In this document: positions 57,731 through 64,000 of the stretch, piece by piece
How the letters are laid out: each line of letters starts with the position of its first letter
Numbering within the stretch: the stretch's first letter is position 1
NCBI GenBank assembly: GCA_964445575.1
Contig: CAYULB010000002.1
Span: 158 to 64,157, forward strand
Direction of reading: 5' to 3'
Source: an uncultured Eubacteriales bacterium
GTDB taxonomy: Bacteria; Acidobacteriota; Aminicenantia; Aminicenantales; Aminicenantaceae
DNA length: 64,000 nt
Notes under the pieces: generated by a model
Databases searched by the model: none
The model's input: the letters and a program-made list of their open reading frames with translations, nothing else
Told to the model about the DNA's origin: nothing
Translations under genes and position numbers: made by a program

Positions 57731-58213
57731 TTAATGATCCGGATGCCTTATGGAAGTATAAAAGGTAGCGGAAAATCCTTTTTTATCCTTAAGACACCAT
57801 TCTTCTTCCAGAGAACAAGCAAAATACCTGACTTTTCCCTTAACCATATGGTTCCCTCTTTCCGCTTCCGTCTTTACAGTAAAGGGCACTTTTACCGGTT
57901 CTGAAAGGTCCAGATATTCCACTCCATCTTTTTCTTTAACTTTTATATCCAGGTCAGAAGCAGTGAAAAAGTCTTTGGAGAAAGCCAAGATGTCTGAGGG
58001 TTCGATTTCGATGATAAAGGAGGGTTGAGAGCTAATGATAATCCCTTCCTTAACCGAAAAATTCAAAACAATGTTTCCTTCCTGTCCTCTGGAAAGCCGT
58101 TTGGGACTTACATTGGCATTGATTCCAAGCAAATCATATTTATCTGATTTGTCTGAAGCAAAAGACAGCAAGGTCAAACAGATAAGAACTGCAATGCAGG
58201 CACTTTCTCTCAT
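57731..58213 (-). CDS. Small secreted protein, unknown function
   Basis: Signal-like N-terminus. Beta-rich 160-aa protein with a C-terminal Cys pair (FACSLEEEWC). No recognisable family. Confidence 0.4.
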   Translation of the reverse strand: MRESACIAVLICLTLLSFASDKSDKYDLLGINANVSPKRLSRGQEGNIVLNFSVKEGIIISSQPSFIIEIEPSDILAFSKDFFTASDLDIKVKEKDGVEYLDLSEPVKVPFTVKTEAERGNHMVKGKVRYFACSLEEEWCLKDKKGFSATFYTSIRHPDH

Positions 58214-58352
58214 TGATGGCTTCTTTATAGATATAATCTATAATAATGAGTTGTGGGATAGAATTCAAATTTTAGCCCAAAAAAAATTCATTTATCAGAG
58301 AAAAATTTAACTTTATTTTTTTATATATATTTATTATAATCCAAAAAATAAA

Positions 58353-59354
58353 ATGAGTTTGAGATCACAAATCACGGGAACAGGACACTTTGTGCCCCCC
58401 CGCATTGCTACAAATTTCGACCTGAAAAAGGAAATAGATACTTCTGACGAATGGATACGCAAAAGAACAGGAATCAGAGAAAGACATTATGTTGAACCTG
58501 GAACCGGTTCTTCAGACCTAGCTTATGAAGCCTCCTTAAAAGCCATTCGAGACGCAGGAATCCAAAAGGATGATATTGATTTCATCATTGCAGCGACTCT
58601 GTCTCCAGACCATTACTTTCCTGGAATTGCCGTGCTGGTCCAATCAAAACTGGGGATTAAAAATATCGGAGCTCTGGACATCCGGAATCAATGCAGCGGC
58701 TTCATCTACGCTTTATCTATAGCAGACCAATATATTAAATCTGGAATGTACCGGAAAATACTGTTAGTGGCTGCAGAGGTTCAGTCCACAAATCTTGACT
58801 ATTCCATGGAAGGAAGACACATTGCCGTTCTTTTTGGAGACGGGGGAGCGGCTGTCATAATAGAAGGAATTGAAAATGATGAAAACCGGGGTCTTCTTTC
58901 CACTCACCTGTTCTCTGACGGAAGATTCGCATCAAAGTTATGGATGGAAACTCCCAGCCCCAAAGACAAACCTACCTTTTCCTATGAAATGATTGACAAA
59001 AAAAGGTGCTTTCCGAAAATGGATGGAAAGCATGTATTTGTTAATGCTGTTGAAAAAATGCCTCAAGCCGTTTGGGCAGCTCTGGAATACAATCACATGA
59101 CCATCGATGACGTGGATCATCTCATCCCTCATCAAGCTAATGACAGAATAAGTCTTATGGTGGCACAAAAATTAGGAATCCCGGTTCCTAAAGTGATCAG
59201 AAATATTGACCGTTTGGGAAACACCACAGCAGCCTCAATTCCTATAGCCCTGGATGAATCCGTTAGAAACGGACGAATAAAAAAAGGCGATATTGTGGCG
59301 CTGACATCCTTTGGATCAGGTTATACCTGGGCTTCTGCTCTCATGCGATGGTAA
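58353..59354 (+). CDS. fabH: 3-oxoacyl-ACP synthase III
   Basis: Active-site NQCSGFIYAL (Cys), PHQANDRI (His), GNTTAASIP (Asn). Confidence 0.9.
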   Translation: MSLRSQITGTGHFVPPRIATNFDLKKEIDTSDEWIRKRTGIRERHYVEPGTGSSDLAYEASLKAIRDAGIQKDDIDFIIAATLSPDHYFPGIAVLVQSKLGIKNIGALDIRNQCSGFIYALSIADQYIKSGMYRKILLVAAEVQSTNLDYSMEGRHIAVLFGDGGAAVIIEGIENDENRGLLSTHLFSDGRFASKLWMETPSPKDKPTFSYEMIDKKRCFPKMDGKHVFVNAVEKMPQAVWAALEYNHMTIDDVDHLIPHQANDRISLMVAQKLGIPVPKVIRNIDRLGNTTAASIPIALDESVRNGRIKKGDIVALTSFGSGYTWASALMRW

Positions 59355-59431
59355 TGATAAATGTGACAGTTAAGGTGATTGAATAACCTACCTTTATTTA
59401 GTTATGGTTTTGTGCTAGGATTGTTATTTAA

Positions 59432-59689
59432 TCTGGATTATTCACGAGTTGAGATTGGAGATTGCTGCAGATGCGAGGCACAGGGCATGAAGTCGTGGTC
59501 CTTCACTGCGAATGCCCTGTAACGAAGCAGATGCAGTGAGATCGGCTCGCCTGGAAGGTAAAAAAATGGCGATTAAGATTAAAAATATAAACAAGAAAAA
59601 TATTCAAGACATTGTTCCTGAAAGAATCTTGCATATAGCTGAAAATAAATTATTAAAAAACATCGCTATTTTTTTATGAATAGGTCAGG
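59432..59689 (+). repeat. Full-length copy 2 of the MITE-like intergenic repeat (sense on the plus strand)
   Basis: See 32019..32272. Ends TCTGGATTATTCAC / ATGAATAGGTCAGG. Flanks TTAA (59428..59431) and CTAA (59690..59693). Contains a GAGATTG tandem duplication at 59451..59464. Confidence 0.8.
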
Positions 59690-59743
59690 CTAATATTAAT
59701 CATTTAACAAAGAATATTTGTGGTTAAATACAGGAGGAACAAT

Positions 59744-61507
59744 ATGAAAAAGATTTTAACCATTCTTTTCATTTTTGCATTTTCACTGACCAGCACTGGG
59801 ATTCTTTTCTCTCAAAATAAAGAAGATGAAAAATTCCAGAAAACTTTAGAGGACTACCTGGATACTTTATGGAAGTTCTTTCCTACTCAGGCCACCCTTG
59901 CTGGATTTCATGGATATGACGATAAACTGGAAGATTTTTCCAGCCGTAATGTCTCCAAACAGTATGAAAACCTGGAAAAACTGAATAAATCATTCATAGT
60001 TGATATCGACACAGAAGCATTGAGCCCTGAAGTCAAAATAGACCATTCTATGGTCATTGATGGTCTTTCCCTTGAATTACTCCAGCACGAAAGTCTTCTT
60101 CCCTGGGAATATGACCCATTATTTTACAACAAAATATTATTCAACTGTGTAAGACCTCTGATGACAGGAGATTTTGGCAGTCCTGAAGATCGAGCCAAAA
60201 ATGCAGTTAAGCGGCTCAATGAAATACCCAAATTCCTGAAAACAGCCATGAAAAACTTAAAAACTCCCCCTCAAATCTCTACAGAAAAAGCCATTGAGCA
60301 ATTCCCGGCCATACTGAATTTTTATCAAAATGAAATGCCCCAGCTCATCCAGGAAGCTCCTGATTCCCAAAAGTCTGACCTTCAGAATAAACTTGCTTCT
60401 GTCATTCCCGCTTTACAGGAATATCAAACCTATTTAAAGAATGACCTTCTTCCCAAATCAACAGGCAATTTCCGCTTACTCACCGCCCATGTGAGAATGG
60501 CCAGAATGAGCTTACAGAATCTTACTCCTCTTCAGCAAATTGCAGAAATGGCAAAAATCGATATCAACAACATACACAGAGAGATGGCTCTGATTTGCAT
60601 TTCCTTCTATAAAATCATGGACCCAAAATTCAATGTTGAAAAACCCCCTTCAAATCTTACAGAAGAACAGGTTAGAAATGTCATCATCTCCCACGTCCTT
60701 GATAAACTAAAAACCTTTCACCCGACCAAAGAAAACTTTATGGAAGCTTTAAAGTCATCTAAAGAGGACGTTAAAGAATTCATACAGGAAAAAGAACTGC
60801 TCCTCAATCTTCCTGAAGCGGAATTGAATATCGAGGAAATGCCTGAAGTCTTCAACCTGGGGAACCGCTTCAGACTGGTGAGGCCTGCCCCGTATGAGGA
60901 TTCAGATCAATATAACCTTCAAATTGCTCCTATTGATGAAAATTTAAGCGACGAGGCTATCCAGGGAATCCTGGAAGAATACAATGATTTCATGCTGCCC
61001 TTCTACAGCACAAGAAACATCTATCCAGGACCTTTTGTTCCTGCCTATACGACACTTAAAGATGCTTCTTTAGCCCGGAAACTTCACCCTAACAGAGCGA
61101 TCTTCCATGGTTGGCCTTTGTTTGTCGAAGAAATGTTAGCTATGAACGGAATTGGAAATTATGACTTAAGATATCGCTTGCATCAATTAAAAATGAAGCT
61201 CAAGAGTGCCATTGATTTTATATTGGACCTTCAGATCCATCAAGGGAGCATGACCAAAGAACAAGCTGTCAACTATATGACAAGGATGGGTTTCCAATCC
61301 AAAGCCGAAGCTGAAAAGAACTGGGAGAGAATCGTCTTGATGCCTGTTGAAGCTGCCATGCCCTATGTAGGTTACCAAGAAATGCTGGATATACAAGAAA
61401 ATTACAAAAAAATCAAAGGGGATTCTTACAGCAAAAAAGAATTTCTCCAGGAATTACTCAATTATGGTCCTATCCCACTCAGACTATTAAGAGAAGAGAT
61501 CAAATAA
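59744..61507 (+). CDS. DUF885-family secreted protein
   Basis: AGGAGG RBS before ATG 59744 and a signal peptide. N-terminal FPTQATLAGFHGYDDKLEDFS and C-terminal ...FLQELLNYGPIPLRLL patterns are typical of DUF885 as I recall it. Confidence 0.65.
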   Translation: MKKILTILFIFAFSLTSTGILFSQNKEDEKFQKTLEDYLDTLWKFFPTQATLAGFHGYDDKLEDFSSRNVSKQYENLEKLNKSFIVDIDTEALSPEVKIDHSMVIDGLSLELLQHESLLPWEYDPLFYNKILFNCVRPLMTGDFGSPEDRAKNAVKRLNEIPKFLKTAMKNLKTPPQISTEKAIEQFPAILNFYQNEMPQLIQEAPDSQKSDLQNKLASVIPALQEYQTYLKNDLLPKSTGNFRLLTAHVRMARMSLQNLTPLQQIAEMAKIDINNIHREMALICISFYKIMDPKFNVEKPPSNLTEEQVRNVIISHVLDKLKTFHPTKENFMEALKSSKEDVKEFIQEKELLLNLPEAELNIEEMPEVFNLGNRFRLVRPAPYEDSDQYNLQIAPIDENLSDEAIQGILEEYNDFMLPFYSTRNIYPGPFVPAYTTLKDASLARKLHPNRAIFHGWPLFVEEMLAMNGIGNYDLRYRLHQLKMKLKSAIDFILDLQIHQGSMTKEQAVNYMTRMGFQSKAEAEKNWERIVLMPVEAAMPYVGYQEMLDIQENYKKIKGDSYSKKEFLQELLNYGPIPLRLLREEIK

Positions 61508-61530
61508 AACAGAAGACAAATACCATATAT

Positions 61531-61563
61531 AAAAAAGACCCGTTCAAAAGCGGGTCTTTTTTT
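61531..61563 (+). terminator. Rho-independent terminator
   Basis: AAAAAAGACCCG-TTCAAAAG-CGGGTCTTTTTTT, directly after the DUF885 stop. Confidence 0.75.
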
Positions 61564-61595
61564 ATGCAATCTTAGCCCGGCTGAAGATAAGAAAA

Positions 61596-62381
61596 ATGTT
61601 TAGGATTGTCGATTCTCACGCTCACTTAAACACAAAGGATTTTGATAAAGACAGAGACCAAGTTATCGAGCGTGCTTTTCACTCTGGTGTAAAAGCCATT
61701 CTTTGTCCTGCAGAAGTATCAGATAGAGAAAATTTAAGAACAACTTACAGCCTTCTGAAAAAATACCATCAAATTTCAGCAGCCGCAGGAGTTCATCCCC
61801 ATAATGCAAGGTTTTTTAATCCCAAAAATGAAAATATCATTAGAGAAATGGCTAAAAAGAATCAAATCACTGCAGTAGGAGAGATAGGTCTTGACTATCA
61901 CTACAACTACTCTCAACCTTCTGAGCAACAGTATGCATTTCAAAAACAACTCTTTGTGGCTGAGGATTTAAAACTTCCGGTTATCCTCCACAGTCGAATG
62001 GCCTCCTCAGACATCCTCTCCTCTATTAAAGAACAGCATTTTACTTTCGGTGGCATCCTGCACTGCTTTACAGAAGGTCTTGAATTTGCAGAAAAAATGC
62101 TTGACCTGGGCTTCTATATCTCATTCTCAGGAATTATTACTTATCCCAAAGCACACCAGTTAAGAGAAGCGGCAAAAAATATTCCCCTTCAAAGACTTCT
62201 GATAGAAACTGACGCCCCTTATCTGACTCCGGTTCCTTACCGGAATAAATATAAAAGAAATGAACCGGCTTTTGTTATAGAAACCGCAAAAATTCTAGCA
62301 GAACTTAAAAAAGTTTCCTTTGAATCTTTTGCTGAACAAATGTATCTTAACTTCAGCACACTTTTTCAGTTTGAAATATAA
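61596..62381 (+). CDS. tatD: TatD-family metal-dependent hydrolase/DNase
   Basis: VDSHAHL, GEIGLDYHY, LHCF, ETDAPYL. Confidence 0.9.
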   Translation: MFRIVDSHAHLNTKDFDKDRDQVIERAFHSGVKAILCPAEVSDRENLRTTYSLLKKYHQISAAAGVHPHNARFFNPKNENIIREMAKKNQITAVGEIGLDYHYNYSQPSEQQYAFQKQLFVAEDLKLPVILHSRMASSDILSSIKEQHFTFGGILHCFTEGLEFAEKMLDLGFYISFSGIITYPKAHQLREAAKNIPLQRLLIETDAPYLTPVPYRNKYKRNEPAFVIETAKILAELKKVSFESFAEQMYLNFSTLFQFEI

Positions 62382-62442
62382 AATTTTTGATGGTAATATA
62401 CAATCTGCATATAAAAAATAATCGGCCCTCTAGGGAAACATT

Positions 62443-63465
62443 ATGGTAAAGGCAACCCAAAAGGCTCTCAAAAAGAAAATCAAAAAAAACGCTTCTTTAA
62501 CAGACCTCTATTCGATCATAAAAAATGATTTAAACGAGACAGAAAATAAAATACAAAATTTCATCTCTTCTCCCAATCCTCTCATAAAAGAAATCAGTGC
62601 GTATCTGTTTAAAAAGCCAGGGAAAAAAATAAGGCCGGCCGTACTGACTCTTTGCTCCAAGCTGTTTAACTATCAAGGAACCGAACACATCCTCATGGGA
62701 GCTCTTGTAGAAATGATTCATACCGCAAGCCTTATTCATGATGACATCATCGATGACTCAGATAAAAGAAGAGGAAAGGATACCATCCACACCCGTTGGG
62801 GTCCGAACATCACCGTTCTTCTGGGAGATTACTTATACATAAACACCATAGACACTTCTCTTGAAACAGATTATCTAGATATAACCCGTACCCTCTTAAA
62901 CGCCTCCACAAAAATGATTGAGGGAGAGCTGAATGAATATTACCTAAGCGGAGATCTGAGCATCAGCGAACATGACTATTTAGAAATACTCAACAAAAAA
63001 ACAGCCGCTCTTTTTTCTGCTTCCTGCCAAATTGGAGGAAAACTCGCCAATGCCTCCCCAAAACACATAAAAATGCTGGGAGAGTTCGGCACTAATTTTG
63101 GGATGAGTTTCCAACTGATCGACGACCTTTTGGACTATTCGGGAGACCCCGAATCACTAGGAAAACCGGTTTTATCAGATTTGAGAGAAGGACGTATCAC
63201 TCTCCCTCTGATATACACCTTCAACAATGACGGCCGTGAGAACCGACACAGCATTACGAAACTCTTCAACCAAAAAGATTTCAGTGAATACTCCCTTAAC
63301 AAAATTATAGACATAGTCAAATCCAATGGGGCGCTCGATTATACTTTTCAAAAAGCAAATGAATTTTCGATTTCAGCTCAAAATATACTGAACGATTTTC
63401 CAGAATCTGTTTACCGGAAAAGCCTGATGCAGCTCTCAGGCTACGTGCTCCACCGGAACAGATAG
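62443..63465 (+). CDS. Long-chain polyprenyl diphosphate synthase (IspB-like)
   Basis: First and second Asp-rich motifs LIHDDIIDDSDKRRG and FQLIDDLLD. Confidence 0.9.
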   Translation: MVKATQKALKKKIKKNASLTDLYSIIKNDLNETENKIQNFISSPNPLIKEISAYLFKKPGKKIRPAVLTLCSKLFNYQGTEHILMGALVEMIHTASLIHDDIIDDSDKRRGKDTIHTRWGPNITVLLGDYLYINTIDTSLETDYLDITRTLLNASTKMIEGELNEYYLSGDLSISEHDYLEILNKKTAALFSASCQIGGKLANASPKHIKMLGEFGTNFGMSFQLIDDLLDYSGDPESLGKPVLSDLREGRITLPLIYTFNNDGRENRHSITKLFNQKDFSEYSLNKIIDIVKSNGALDYTFQKANEFSISAQNILNDFPESVYRKSLMQLSGYVLHRNR

Positions 63466-63536
63466 CTTATTTTGCATATATCATATTAAATTTGCGTGGG
63501 AATGAATGAACATCTTAAGAATCGCATAGGCCAGAA

Positions 63537-64000
63537 ATGCTGGAGATCGAAGTCAAGGTCAAAATCGACCATTTAAAAAAAATTCATGAAAAGCTTTTGT
63601 CCCTAGAGGCCCGGCTGCACAGACCCCGATATTTTGAAGAAAATATTCTCTATGACTTTCCGGATAAAAAGCTCACCCGCAGCTGTCGGGCATTGAGACT
63701 TCGTTCAACAGGCAGAAAATGTATGCTGACTTACAAAGGGGAATTAAAAAAATCCAGAAAGTTTAAAATCAGAAAAGAATATGAAACTCAGGTAAACAAC
63801 AAAAAACAAATTCAAAATATCCTAAGCTCCTTGGGTTTCAAACAAATCTTTTCCTATCAGAAATACAGAACAGAATACAGAGCCAAAAACCTAAAAATTT
63901 GCCTGGATGAGACCAAGGCGGGAAATTTTCTGGAGTTCGAAGGGGAAAGGGAAGATATAATCCGATTTGCAAAAAAAATGGGGTTTAAAAAAAGTGATTT
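63537..64000 (+). CDS. CYTH-domain protein (class IV adenylate cyclase / triphosphatase family), 3' end off the window
   Basis: Not in the ORF track. My translation from ATG 63537 is MLEIEVKVKIDHLKKIHEKLLSLEARL...RALRLRSTGRKCMLTYKG...CLDETKAGNFLEFEGE. The ExExK signature is at the N-terminus. Confidence 0.75.
   Translation, partial: MLEIEVKVKIDHLKKIHEKLLSLEARLHRPRYFEENILYDFPDKKLTRSCRALRLRSTGRKCMLTYKGELKKSRKFKIRKEYETQVNNKKQIQNILSSLGFKQIFSYQKYRTEYRAKNLKICLDETKAGNFLEFEGEREDIIRFAKKMGFKKSD

Noticed and set aside
59487-59522. Micro-ORF ATGAAGTCGTGGTCCTTCACTGCGAATGCCCTGTAA (MKSWSFTANAL) inside the GC-rich repeat core, also present in copy 1 with a synonymous TCC/TCT change
   Set aside because: There is no RBS. 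The stop is not conserved: copy 1 reads CAA and continues for another 12 codons. The sequence is exactly the P3 stem-loop, so structural conservation explains it better.
59720-59743. GTG start at 59720 for the DUF885 gene (ORF-track N-terminus MVKYRRNN)
   Set aside because: AGGAGG lies within these codons, 5-6 nt upstream of ATG 59744. That ATG opens directly onto a signal peptide, so the longer form is unlikely.
63472-63536. Possible fifth, highly degenerate remnant of the repeat upstream of the CYTH gene (TTGCATATA ... ATCGCATAGGCCAG just before the ATG)
   Set aside because: Similarity is limited to two short blocks with different spacing from the bona fide copies. That could be chance plus generic promoter/RBS features, so it is not counted as a family member.

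Overview
AT-rich 64 kb window, high-30s % G+C by eye, densely packed with about 55 protein genes. It reads as core chromosome of a diderm, probably anaerobic and fermentative bacterium. I cannot name the taxon from sequence alone; the gene content is compatible with Acidobacteriota- or Aminicenantes-like lineages. I saw no rRNA, tRNA, CRISPR array, transposase, phage or recognisable defence genes. Main blocks, left to right: divergent SpoIID/SPOR and giant M14-like peptidase genes; a sigma-54 activator with its apparent target promoter; a long minus-strand housekeeping and envelope run (GNAT-like, crotonase, ribH, nusB, lysS, lolDE, bamA, skp, fabZ, lpxA, lpxI, Gfo/Idh/MocA); a Lon-like protease; an orphan FtsX permease pair; alaX and an RNase HIII-like gene; a CoA-transferase followed by a tightly coupled six-gene redox operon (AlaDH-like, NuoE/F/G-like, NfnA/B-like); efp, tungsten AOR and a tandem aldolase; corrinoid protein, beta-propeller, SpoIVB-type peptidase and SPT-like oxoamine synthase, with a divergent SDR and fabH; DUF885, tatD, polyprenyl synthase and CYTH. 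The most unusual signal is non-coding. An intergenic repeat family has two full copies of about 255 bp, one 151-bp variant and one truncated copy. It has TIR-like ends, TTAA flanks, a GC-rich hairpin core with compensatory substitutions between copies, and a promoter-like module that always faces the downstream gene. Secondary points of interest are a complete sigma-54 circuit with a DNA-binding-domain-only paralog of its activator, and several degenerate enzyme-like subunits in the redox operon. All motif alignments were done by eye without database searches.
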